Source of the DNA: Yuukianura sp. NJ FZ-2021
Taxonomy: Eukaryota
Length of the DNA stretch: 64,000 nucleotides
Reading direction: 5' to 3'
NCBI GenBank assembly: GCA_046563655.1
Contig: JAJCTO010000013.1
Location: 248,001 to 312,000, forward strand
Positions 52,517 to 64,000 of this stretch are shown piece after piece; the stretch's first letter is position 1; each line of letters opens with the position of its first letter. Both the position numbers and the translations under genes were made by a program. The notes under the pieces are model-generated. The model searched no databases, had not been told where the DNA came from, and was given only the letters and a program-made list of their open reading frames with translations.

Positions 52517-55500
52517 TCAAAGTAAGTAGATTTCGTAGAGTTCTTTCCCGGGAGGCAGTGTTCCCAGTATTGAAGCGGTGTTACCTCTTTGTATGGCGAT
52601 GCTTACGCGCTGAAGTAAAAAAGAAGTTGCTCGATTGTCTCCAGTTGATTCAGAAATTCGATGTCCAATGGATTTCAGAAGACGTAGTCCTTCATCACCA
52701 AACACACCCGAGGTCTCGACAGCTATAATGGAAACAATAAATCGTTTTTCGAGGTCGCGATAGATGTTGTGTTTGTGGATTTCGGCTAATGAAGACGGAT
52801 GGCCAAGCGAAGAGGAAGAAGTTGGAAGGTAGGAAGCTGCATAGGTATCCCGACAAGTGAAATCCCACACCAAACAACGCCCAGTCTTCCATGGGATGAG
52901 CGTCATGCCGTCTGGCCGTTTTCCATCTGCTCTTGAACATCCGGATGGTTCTTTAACGTTTGGTATGCCAGCTGAATGCAAAGCTCTGGAAATGATGTCG
53001 TTGATGGAGCCATGTCTAGAGTTTCTACCGGCGCTTCGAATGCAACTTAAGCCGTGTAGGCCGTCACTCGACACTGAAGTTCCACATTTGCAACGATGAG
53101 GCTGGCATACATTGGAGCCTAGGCGAAGACAGCAAGAGATTCTGAATGTTTCGTCAGAGAGTAGAGTTCCAAGCGGAGAGGAGGGAATCGCATGCAGCCA
53201 ATCGCCTGAGTGAGGGGCGGTTGCGGCCAACAATCGTGCTTTGTCAATCAGAGTGTTGCAATTTTCAAGCAGAGAAGTATAAATACGTTTGAAGATGATC
53301 GTTTCCCAAAGATTTTGTATTTTTGCGTCGTGAGGTGTTTCGAGACCCAATAGTGACCAATTGAGAGAAGCAAGGTCCAAAGAATTGTCGAAAGGAGAGA
53401 GATGTGGCGGAAGAAAGGCGGAGATAAGGTCGGCACAACTATTTACTGAGGCCAAAAATGAAAATGTAGCACAGTCCGTAGCGTGTCGTACACCCAAACC
53501 ACCTTGGTTCACAGGTAAGGAAGATTGTAGCCAGGCTTCATCGGTCAAGTGTGTGTTAATGATGGATTCCAAAACGGCGCGTAAGGATGAGTCGTAGGAT
53601 TGGAGAAGGTCAGTTTCTAGGAATGACGGCGAACATCTGAGAAAGTACAACAGTCTTGGTGTCGATATTGAGGCCCTGAGCAGGAAAAAAGCAACATGCG
53701 CAGGCAGGTAGGAAAGTCTGGAAGAGAGTTTCTTGAAGTCTTCAGTTTTGGATTGAAGAATTCGACGAGAAGAGTCCTTGAAGAGCGGAGCTCCCAGAAG
53801 TTCAGATTGGCAGTTGTTGGGAAAGACAAAATCTTGTGAAACTGAACGGAAGGAGTTGGAGATAGAGTGTGTTTCAGTTTGATCCGCGGCAAGAATGATG
53901 ACTTCGCATTTTTGCAAGTTAAGATGTAATCCAAGAGAGGAAGCATGGGATTGGATGATCTTGAGATTTGACAGCACAACATCTGGGGTATCAGCGATGG
54001 TGGCGTCATCTAGGTACCAAGCATTGAATTCTGTTGTCAACGACGAGGCTAACGGATGTATTGTTAAGGCAAACAGTGCTGGTCCTAGGGGATCCCCCTG
54101 CTGCACGCCTAGTTTGGACTTGAAACAACAGGAATCGTAGAAAAGATCAGAATCATGTAAGTAGGCTTGAGAGATAAAGTTGAAAAACTCGGGAAGGTGT
54201 TGTTTCACAGCGTCAAGCATCTTGTCTCTTCTAAGGAGATTGAAAGCGTTCCGAAAATCCATCTTTAGTAGAACCTTTGGTGAGGAGTGATTGGCGTTGC
54301 AAAAAATCCTAGCGGCATGGGCGACAGCTTCTGCTCCATTTTTGACACCGACACCAACTTGGATTGGACTCAAGACGGACGAAATGACATTCATTGAACG
54401 ATACAGGATCAGTTTCGAGACGAGGCGTCTCCACGTGAGGCCAACGGCAATTGGTCGGATTCCGCCCTTCTTCTTCTGAATTGCGATGAGAGATGCCCCA
54501 AAAAAGATTGGTCTGATGTCATCGGGAAGAGATCCATTTGAAATGAGGTTACATAGTTTTGAAATTGATGACAGGAGTCTTGAACCGGCGTCACCTGCTG
54601 ATTTGGAGATTAGCTCCTTCAAAATTTGAGGACGAAGGGAGTCCAGGCCGCCAGAGGAACCATTCGGGAAGGAAGAAACGCGTTTCTGGAAGTCAATGTC
54701 TTCGAAAACAGCTTCTTCTGATGTTGGAGGATCCGGAAAAGTGGTGGGTTGAGGATGTGCAGGGTGTAGTTGACTGAGAGCTTCAATAGTGGTGGAGTCA
54801 ACAGCAGCCAAGTGGTCATCTGAGCAGAGGATTCTAATGGCTCCACTAACGTCACCGTCTGCAACTTTGGATTGGACTAGATTAGAGTTGTTCCACAGTT
54901 GTGAGTTCTGATTGGAGCGTGGATGATGACATGTTGGTGGTAGTTCAAAATTACTTGCATTGTCGACATTTGATTTCACCCATGTGGTCAAATTTGTAAC
55001 GCGATCATCTTTAGTCGGAAGCTGGAAAGCGGCGTATCGAAAAATTAGAAGTTTCTCCCATGATTCTGATGTATTTTCGACAACTACTTCTTCGATGATG
55101 ATGGATAGTTTTGATGCAGCTACTTGTCTTGCTCCCTTTGGAATGTGCTTTAGGGTTTGAACCGAATTTCTCAAATCAGCGAAACGAAGTCCTAGGGGAA
55201 GCTTATTGGATGATTCTGTCGAGGGGTTAGACCATGTTACACCGACGTAGGATTGTCCGCTGTGTTTTCGTCCTCCAGCCCGTGTTTTGGTGACGTCGGG
55301 AAAGATTTCTAGGAGTTTGGTTCCAATTGTGGCGTCAGCAAGGGGACGAATCTGAATCGACGAGCAGAAACTGTGATACTTCTCTTTAAAGTCTTGTTTC
55401 TTGATCATTCCTCCGGAGCATAGTCGCATGTTGGAACAAATCCAGTTGTCAGTTATCTTTGAGATTTGTGATTTGGAATGGTTATTGGAGGCATTGGAGA

Positions 55501-56179
55501 CGCGTTGGTCGCTGGCTGGAACTGAGTGAGGACAGGAAGGGTCTTCGTTGGATGCAGGAACGGACGAAGAAGAGGAGAGAGAGAGATTTGATGCTCGAAA
55601 TGAAGATAAAGACAAACTGGAAGCATCTTCGTTGGGAACAGGAATTGACGACGAACAGGAAGCAATTTCATTGGTAACAGGGACTGTTGACAAACTTGAA
55701 GCATCTTCATTGGTAACAGGAACCGACAATAGACTGGAAGCATCTTCATTGGGAACAGGAAAAGACAACAAACTGGAAGCATCTTCATTGGTACCAGGAA
55801 CAGTTGACAAACTGGAAGCATCTTTATTAGTAACAGGAACCGACAATAGACTGGAAGCATCTTCATTAGGAGCAGGAACAGACAACAAACTGGAGGCATC
55901 TTCATTTGGAGCATCAACTGGCAACGAACTGGAAGCATTTTCATTGGTAACAGGAACTGAAGATGAACTGGAAGCAATTACAATGTTAGGCGATGAAAAA
56001 CTTGAGGTGAATGCATTGACGACTGGGTCTGATGGAAAACTAGAAACGGCATTGTTGGATGTAGGAACTGTTGAAGATATCAATTTCACTTTTGGAGCTG
56101 AAGAGGATTCAGGAGAAGGAGAAATTGCGATGGACGATGATTTCATTTTACTTCTGTTTTTTAATTTCCGTTGAGGCAT
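52517..56179 (-). CDS. Polyprotein: Ser-rich repeats, RFX-like winged helix, reverse transcriptase, CCHC knuckle, RLE endonuclease (1220 aa)
   Basis: RT motifs KKKGGIRPIAVG, MDFRNAFN, GVQQGDPLGP, WYLDD; zinc knuckle CKC..HGLSC; RH..IND; RLE KRPDG..WDFTCRDT..E..K; CRE-typical C-terminus QRVSIAIQRGN. Confidence 0.95.
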   Translation of the reverse strand: MPQRKLKNRSKMKSSSIAISPSPESSSAPKVKLISSTVPTSNNAVSSFPSDPVVNAFTSSFSSPNIVIASSSSSVPVTNENASSSLPVDAPNEDASSLLSVPAPNEDASSLLSVPVTNKDASSLSTVPGTNEDASSLLSFPVPNEDASSLLSVPVTNEDASSLSTVPVTNEIASCSSSIPVPNEDASSLSLSSFRASNLSLSSSSSVPASNEDPSCPHSVPASDQRVSNASNNHSKSQISKITDNWICSNMRLCSGGMIKKQDFKEKYHSFCSSIQIRPLADATIGTKLLEIFPDVTKTRAGGRKHSGQSYVGVTWSNPSTESSNKLPLGLRFADLRNSVQTLKHIPKGARQVAASKLSIIIEEVVVENTSESWEKLLIFRYAAFQLPTKDDRVTNLTTWVKSNVDNASNFELPPTCHHPRSNQNSQLWNNSNLVQSKVADGDVSGAIRILCSDDHLAAVDSTTIEALSQLHPAHPQPTTFPDPPTSEEAVFEDIDFQKRVSSFPNGSSGGLDSLRPQILKELISKSAGDAGSRLLSSISKLCNLISNGSLPDDIRPIFFGASLIAIQKKKGGIRPIAVGLTWRRLVSKLILYRSMNVISSVLSPIQVGVGVKNGAEAVAHAARIFCNANHSSPKVLLKMDFRNAFNLLRRDKMLDAVKQHLPEFFNFISQAYLHDSDLFYDSCCFKSKLGVQQGDPLGPALFALTIHPLASSLTTEFNAWYLDDATIADTPDVVLSNLKIIQSHASSLGLHLNLQKCEVIILAADQTETHSISNSFRSVSQDFVFPNNCQSELLGAPLFKDSSRRILQSKTEDFKKLSSRLSYLPAHVAFFLLRASISTPRLLYFLRCSPSFLETDLLQSYDSSLRAVLESIINTHLTDEAWLQSSLPVNQGGLGVRHATDCATFSFLASVNSCADLISAFLPPHLSPFDNSLDLASLNWSLLGLETPHDAKIQNLWETIIFKRIYTSLLENCNTLIDKARLLAATAPHSGDWLHAIPSSPLGTLLSDETFRISCCLRLGSNVCQPHRCKCGTSVSSDGLHGLSCIRSAGRNSRHGSINDIISRALHSAGIPNVKEPSGCSRADGKRPDGMTLIPWKTGRCLVWDFTCRDTYAASYLPTSSSSLGHPSSLAEIHKHNIYRDLEKRFIVSIIAVETSGVFGDEGLRLLKSIGHRISESTGDNRATSFLLQRVSIAIQRGNTASILGTLPPGKELYEIYLL
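55540..55985 (-). repeat. 39-bp coding minisatellite (13-aa unit SVPVTNEDASSLL, ~10 copies)
   Basis: The ggaagcatcttcatt motif recurs every 39 bp (~55620-55970) inside the CRE-like ORF. Confidence 0.85.
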
Positions 56180-56458
56180 ATCAGTCGTTATGGCGATGAG
56201 GTCACGGGTTCACGGAGTTGTTGAAAACTTTGAGCGTTGTTGATGCGCGAAGTGTGACTGGACGTCCGAGTGACGAAACTGGTCCGGAAAGGATGAAATG
56301 GTGACGTATCTTCCTGAAACCTGTCACAAGTTGATCAGCAAACGAAGCTCTTTCGGATGATATAAGCAAAAGTTGGATAGATTATGAATTAATGCTTTAA
56401 AAACTGTGAAAATGAGGAGCAAAGATTTCGTGTTTTCACTTTTTGTTGATCAATAAAT

Positions 56459-59400
56459 AATAACTCGTGTTCAACAATAATCTGGAATTATATTTTAGCC
56501 CAACTCCACTATGCAACAAGTGCATAAATCTAACTGTCATTTTGGTATAAACTAATGTGGGAACTATACAACGAAGTTTTAAACATACTGAAAAATGGAA
56601 TTTATGCCTTGTTATCGCTTCTAACCATCTTCATGGAACGCATCTAATGCCGGTCCACTTTGTCGTAGTGCATCAACGACTACTACACACGGTGAACCAC
56701 TTGTTGTCAGCCTTCATCTTTGAGCTCAAAGGAGAAGTGCCGGTGAAATGACAAGCTCGCCCTCAATACAGATACCAACCAGTACTCATTTTGACACTAT
56801 GAATCACAATGACTCAGACGGCAATGGAACTTCAGGGGAAATCCCATTATTACATTTTCTAAATCAAAATGAAACATTCCGCATTATTTGTTATCTTGAT
56901 TAGAATTTTTAGGAAATAATTTTTTATGTCATACTACCACCTTGCACTTCCAACAAAGCACACATGAGTAACTGGTGTTCAACAATAATCTGGAATTATA
57001 TTTTAGCCCAACTCCACTATGCAACAAGTGCATAAATCTAACTGTCATTTTGGTATAAACTAATGTGGGAACTATACAACGAAGTTTTAAACATACTGAA
57101 AAATGGAATTTATGCCTTGTTATCGCTTATAACCATCTTCATGGAACGCATCTAATACCGGTCCACTTTGTCGTAGTGCATCAACGACTATTACACACGG
57201 TAAACCACTTGTTGTCAGCCTTCATCTTTGAGCACAAAGGAGAAGTGCCGGTGAAATGACAAGCTCGTCCTCACTACAGATACCAACCAGTACTCATTTT
57301 GACACTATGAATCACAATGACTCAGACGGCAATGGAACTTCAGGGGAAATCCCATTATTACATTGTCTAAATCAAAATGAAACATTCCGCATTATTTGTT
57401 ATCTTGATTAGAATTTTTAGGAAATAATTTTTTATGTCATACTACCACCTTGCACTTCCAATAAAGCACAACTGAATAACTGGTGTTCAACAATAATCTG
57501 GAATTATATTTTAGCCCAACTCCACTATGCAACAAGTGCATAAATCTAACTGTCATTTTGGTATAAACTAATGTGCGAACTATACAACGAAGTTTTAAAC
57601 ATACTGAAAAATGGAATTTATGCCTTGTTAACGCTTCTAACCATCTTCATGGAACGCATCTAATACCGGTCCACTTTGTCGTAGTGCATCAACGACTATT
57701 ACACACGGTGAACCACTTGTTGTCAGCCTTCATCTTTGAGCACAAAGGAGAAGTGCCGGTGAAATGACAAGCTCGTCCTCACCAGAGATACCAACCAGTA
57801 CTCATTTTGACACTATGAATCACAATGACTCAGACGTCAATGGAACTTCAGGGGAAATCCCATTATTACATTGTCTAAATCAAAATGAAACATTCCGCAT
57901 TATTTGCTATCTTGATTAGAATTTTTAGGAAATAATTTTTTATGTCATACTACCACCTTGCACTTCCAATAAAGCACAACTGAATAACTGGTGTTCAACA
58001 ATAATCTGGAATTATATTTTACCCCAACTCCACTATGCAACAAGTGCATAAATCTAACTGTCATTTTGGTATAAACTAATGTGGGAACTATACAACGAAG
58101 TTTTAAACATACTGAAAAATGGAATTTATGCCTTGTTATCGCTTCTAACCATCTTCATGGAACGCATCTAATACCGGTCCACTTTGTCGTAGTGCATCAA
58201 CGACTATTAAACACGGTAAACCACTTGTTGTCAGCCTTCATCTTTGAGCACAAAGGAGAAGTGCCGGTGAAATGACAAGCTCGTCCTCACTACAGATACC
58301 AACCAGTACTCATTTTGACACTATGAATCACAATGACTCAGACGGCAATGGAACTTCAGGGAAATCCCATTATTACATTGTCTAAATCAAAATGAAACAT
58401 TCCGCATTATTTGTTATCTTGATTAGAATTTTTAGGAAATAATTTTTTGTCATACTACCACCTTGCACTTCCAATAAAGCACACCTGAATAACTCGTGTT
58501 CAACAATAATCTGGAATTATATTTTAGCCCAACTCCACTATGCAACAAGTGCATAAATCTAACTGTCATTTTGGTATAAACTAATGTGGGAACTATACAA
58601 CGAAGTTTTAAACATACTGAAAAATGGAATTTATGCCTTGTTATCGCTTCTAACCATCTTCATGGAACGCATCTAATGCCGGTCCACTTTGTCGTAGTGC
58701 ATCAACGACTCTTACACACGGTGAACCACTTGTTGTCAGCCTTCATCTTTGAGCACAAAGGAGAAGTGCCGGTGAAATGACAAGCTCGTCCTCACTACAG
58801 ATACCAACCAGTACTCATTTTGACACTATGAATCACAATGACTCAGACGGCAATGGAACTTCAGGGGAAATCCCATTATTACATTGTCTAAATCAAAATC
58901 GAACATTCCGCATTATTTGTTATTTTGATTAAAATTGTTAGGAAAGACTTTTTTATGTCATACTACCACCTTGCACTTCCAATAAAGCACACATGAGTAA
59001 CTGGTGTTCAACAATAATCTGGAATTATATTTTAGCCCAACTCCACTATGCAACAAGTGCATAAATCTAACTGTCATTTTGGTATAAACTAATGTGGGAA
59101 CTATACAACGAAGTTTTAAACATACTGAAAAATGGAATTTATGCCTTGTTATCGCTTATAACCATCTTCATGGAACGCATCTAATACCGGTCCACTTTGT
59201 CGTAGTGCATCAACGACTATTACACACGGTGAACCACTTGTTGTCAGCCTTCATCTTTGAGCTCAAAGGAGAAGTGCCGGTGAAATGACAAGCTCGCCCT
59301 CACTACAGATACCAACCAGTACTCATTTTGACACTATGAATCACAATGACTCAGACGGCAATGGAACTTCAGGGGATCCCATTATTACATTTTCTAAATC

Positions 59401-62400
59401 AAAATCGAACATTCCGCATTATTTGTTATTTTGATTAAAATTGCTAGGAAAGACTTTTTTATGTCATACTACCACCTTGCACTTCCAATAAAGCACACCT
59501 GAATAACTGGTGTTCAACAATAATCTGGAATTATATTTTAGCCCAACTCCACTATGCAACAAGTGCATAAATCTAACTGTCATTTTGGTATAAACTAATG
59601 TGGGAACTATACAACGAAGTTTTAAACATACTGAAAAATGGAATTTATGCCTTGTTATCGCTTCTAACCATCTTCATGGAACGCATCTAATACCGGTCCA
59701 CTTTGTCGTAGTGCATCAACGACTATTAAACACGGTAAACCACTTGTTGTCAGCCTTCATCTTTGAGCACAAAGGAGAAGTGCCGGTGAAATGACAAGCT
59801 CGTCCTCACTACAGATACCAACCAGTACTCATTTTGACACTATGAATCACAATGACTCAGACGGCAATGGAACTTCAGGGGAAATCCCATTATTACATTG
59901 TCTAAATCAAAATGAAACATTCCGCATTATTTGTTATCTTGATTAGAATTTTTAGGAAATAATTTTTTATGTCATACTACCACCTTGCACTCCCAATAAA
60001 GCACACCTGAATAACTCGTGTTCAACAATAATCTGGAATTATATTTTAGCCCAACTCCACTATGCAACAAGTGCATAAATCTAACTGTCATTTTGGTATA
60101 AACTAATGTGGGAACTATACAACGAAGTTTTAAACATACTGAAAAATGGAATTTATGCCTTGTTATCGCTTCTAACCATCTTCATGGAACGCATCTAATG
60201 CCGGTCCACTTTGTCGTAGTGCATCAACGACTATTACACACGGTGAACCACTTGTTGTCAGCCTTCATCTTTGAGCACAAAGGAGAAGTGCCGGTGAAAT
60301 GACAAGCTCGTCCTCACTACAGATACCAACCAGTACTCATTTTGACACTATGAATCACAATGACTCAGACGGCAATGGAACTTCAGGGGAAATCCCATTA
60401 TTACATTGTCTAAATCAAAATCGAACATTCCGCATTATTTGTTATTTTGATTAAAATTGTTAGGAAAGACTTTTTTATGTCATACTACCACCTTGCACTT
60501 CCAATAAAGCACACATGAGTAACTGGTGTTCAACAATAATCTGGAATTATATTTTAGCCCAACTCCACTATGCAACAAGTGCATAAATCTAACTGTCATT
60601 TTGGTATAAACTAATGTGGGAACTATACAACGAAGTTTTAAACATACTGAAAAATGGAATTTATGCCTTGTTATCGCTTATAACCATCTTCATGGAACGC
60701 ATCTAATACCGGTCCACTTTGTCGTAGTGCATCAACGACTATTACACACGGTGAACCACTTGTTGTCAGCCTTCATCTTTGAGCTCAAAGGAGAAGTGCC
60801 GGTGAAATGACAAGCTCGCCCTCAATACAGATACCAACCAGTACTCATTTTGACACTATGAATCACAATGACTCAGACGGCAATGGAACTTCAGGGGAAA
60901 TCCCATTATTACATTGTCTAAATCAAAATGAAACATTCCGCATTATTTGCTATCTTGATTAGAATTTTTAGGAAATAATTTTTTATGTCATACTACCACC
61001 TTGCACTTCCAATAAAGCACAACTGAATAACTGGTGTTCAACAATAATCTGGAATTATATTTTACCCCAACTCCACTATGCAACAAGTGCATAAATCTAA
61101 CTGTCATTTTGGTATAAACTAATGTGGGAACTATACAACGAAGTTTTAAACATACTGAAAAATGGAATTTATGCCTTGTTATCGCTTCTAACCATCTTCA
61201 TGGAACGCATCTAATACCGGTCCACTTTGTCGTAGTGCATCAACGACTATTAAACACGGTAAACCACTTGTTGTCAGCCTTCATCTTTGAGCACAAAGGA
61301 GAAGTGCCGGTGAAATGACAAGCTCGTCCTCACTACAGATACCAACCAGTACTCATTTTGACACTATGAATCACAATGACTCAGACGGCAATGGAACTTC
61401 AGGGGAAATCCCATTATTACATTGTCTAAATCAAAATGAAACATTCCGCATTATTTGTTATCTTGATTAGAATTTTTAGGAAATAATTTTTTGTCATACT
61501 ACCACCTTGCACTTCCAATAAAGCACACCTGAATAACTCGTGTTCAACAATAATCTGGAATTATATTTTAGCCCAACTCCACTATGCAACAAGTGCATAA
61601 ATCTAACTGTCATTTTGGTATAAACTAATGTGGGAACTATACAACGAAGTTTTAAACATACTGAAAAATGGAATTTATGCCTTGTTATCGCTTCTAACCA
61701 TCTTCATGGAACGCATCTAATGCCGGTCCACTTTGTCGTAGTGCATCAACGACTCTTACACACGGTGAACCACTTGTTGTCAGCCTTCATCTTTGAGCAC
61801 AAAGGAGAAGTGCCGGTGAAATGACAAGCTCGTCCTCACTACAGATACCAACCAGTACTCATTTTGACACTATGAATCACAATGACTCAGACGGCAATGG
61901 AACTTCAGGGAAATCCCATTATTACATTGTCTAAATCAAAATCGAACATTCCGCATTATTTGTTATTTTGATTAAAATTGTTAGGAAAGACTTTTTTATG
62001 TCATACTACCACCTTGCACTTCCAATAAAGCACACATGAGTAACTGGTGTTCAACAATAATCTGGAATTATATTTTAGCCCAACTCCACTATGCAACAAG
62101 TGCATAAATCTAACTGTCATTTTGGTATAAACTAATGTGGGAACTATACAACGAAGTTTTAAACATACTGAAAAATGGAATTTATGCCTTGTTATCGCTT
62201 ATAACCATCTTCATGGAACGCATCTAATACCGGTCCACTTTGTCGTAGTGCATCAACGACTATTACACACGGTGAACCACTTGTTGTCAGCCTTCATCTT
62301 TGAGCTCAAAGGAGAAGTGCCGGTGAAATGACAAGCTCGCCCTCACTACAGATACCAACCAGTACTCATTTTGACACTATGAATCACAATGACTCAGACG

Positions 62401-64000
62401 GCAATGGAACTTCAGGGGATCCCATTATTACATTTTCTAAATCAAAATCGAACATTCCGCATTATTTGTTATTTTGATTAAAATTGCTAGGAAAGACTTT
62501 TTTATGTCATACTACCACCTTGCACTTCCAATAAAGCACACCTGAATAACTGGTGTTCAACAATAATCTGGAATTATATTTTAGCCCAACTCCACTATGC
62601 AACAAGTGCATAAATCTAACTGTCATTTTGGTATAAACTAATGTGGGAACTATACAACGAAGTTTTAAACATACTGAAAAATGGAATTTATGCCTTGTTA
62701 TCGCTTCTAACCATCTTCATGGAACGCATCTAATACCGGTCCACTTTGTCGTAGTGCATCAACGACTATTAAACACGGTAAACCACTTGTTGTCAGCCTT
62801 CATCTTTGAGCACAAAGGAGAAGTGCCGGTGAAATGACAAGCTCGTCCTCACTACAGATACCAACCAGTACTCATTTTGACACTATGAATCACAATGACT
62901 CAGACGGCAATGGAACTTCAGGGGAAATCCCATTATTACATTGTCTAAATCAAAATGAAACATTCCGCATTATTTGTTATCTTGATTAGAATTTTTAGGA
63001 AATAATTTTTTATGTCATACTACCACCTTGCACTCCCAATAAAGCACACCTGAATAACTCGTGTTCAACAATAATCTGGAATTATATTTTAGCCCAACTC
63101 CACTATGCAACAAGTGCATAAATCTAACTGTCATTTTGGTATAAACTAATGTGGGAACTATACAACGAAGTTTTAAACATACTGAAAAATGGAATTTATG
63201 CCTTGTTATCGCTTCTAACCATCTTCATGGAACGCATCTAATGCCGGTCCACTTTGTCGTAGTGCATCAACGACTATTACACACGGTGAACCACTTGTTG
63301 TCAGCCTTCATCTTTGAGCACAAAGGAGAAGTGCCGGTGAAATGACAAGCTCGTCCTCACTACAGATACCAACCAGTACTCATTTTGACACTATGAATCA
63401 CAATGACTCAGACGGCAATGGAACTTCAGGGGAAATCCCATTATTACATTGTCTAAATCAAAATCGAACATTCCTCATTATTTGTTATTTTGATTAAAAT
63501 TGTTAGGAAAGACTTTTTTATGTCATACTACCACCTTGCACTTCCAATAAAGCACACATGAGTAACTGGTGTTCAACAATAATCTGGAATTATATTTTAG
63601 CCCAACTCCACTATGCAACAAGTGCATAAATCTAACTGTCATTTTGGTATAAACTAATGTGGGAACTATACAACGAAGTTTTAAACATACTGAAAAATGG
63701 AATTTATGCCTTGTTATCGCTTATAACCATCTTCATGGAACGCATCTAATACCGGTCCACTTTGTCGTAGTGCATCAACGACTATTACACACGGTGAACC
63801 ACTTGTTGTCAGCCTTCATCTTTGAGCTCAAAGGAGAAGTGCCGGTGAAATGACAAGCTCGCCCTCAATACAGATACCAACCAGTACTCATTTTGACACT
63901 ATGAATCACAATGACTCCGACGGCAATGGAATTTTGGGGGATCCCATTATTACATTTTCTAAATCAAAATCGAACATTCCGCATTATTTGTTATTTTGAT
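56459..64000. repeat. ~508-bp satellite array, block 4, with 3-mer/6-mer higher-order structure; continues beyond the window end
   Basis: Monomer variants recur with a 3043-bp period (e.g. 58081/61124, 59600/62643, 60616/63659). Confidence 0.97.

Larger units (their letters stand above)
52468..56458 (-). mobile_element. Apparently full-length non-LTR retrotransposon, CRE-like (RT plus restriction-like endonuclease)
   Basis: 9-bp TSD AATAACTCG at 52459-52467 and 56459-56467. Single intact ORF with ~280-bp 5' UTR and ~49-bp 3' UTR. Confidence 0.92.

Noticed and set aside
55453..56174. Overlapping 174-aa and 208-aa ORFs
   Set aside because: These are alternative-frame and antisense shadows of the 39-bp coding repeat.
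56255..56300. Possible hammerhead ribozyme in the 5' UTR of the non-LTR element (gacgaaac)
   Set aside because: No CUGAnGA core at the right spacing, and it is on the antisense strand.

Overview
This is eukaryotic DNA, probably from an invertebrate animal; the taxon cannot be fixed from sequence alone. About 47 kb of the window is a head-to-tail array of a ~508-bp AT-rich satellite (~92 monomers, highly similar to each other, with local higher-order repeats). Three apparently young retroelements interrupt the array, all on the minus strand and all with clean target-site duplications (TSDs). (1) 18074-28048 is a ~10-kb gypsy-type LTR element with near-identical ~1.06-kb LTRs, a tRNA-Gln primer-binding site (PBS), a polypurine tract (PPT) and a TATT TSD. 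It has no pol. It carries four intact, intronless, co-oriented ORFs: a secreted matrix metalloproteinase, a capsid-only (Arc-like) Gag, an F-box-like protein and a degenerate dUTPase fusion. The last two appear to share an unnamed C-terminal domain. This cargo-carrying element is the most unusual system in the window. (2) 47738-50966 is a 3.2-kb non-autonomous LTR element with a tRNA-Arg PBS and a TATT TSD. (3) 52468-56458 is an apparently full-length CRE-like non-LTR retrotransposon (RT plus restriction-like endonuclease, 9-bp TSD). Its ORF has an N-terminal 13-aa repeat and an RFX-type winged-helix domain, and its 3' end is a hairpin rather than a poly(A) tail. The repeated 64-aa ORFs in the satellite are judged spurious.
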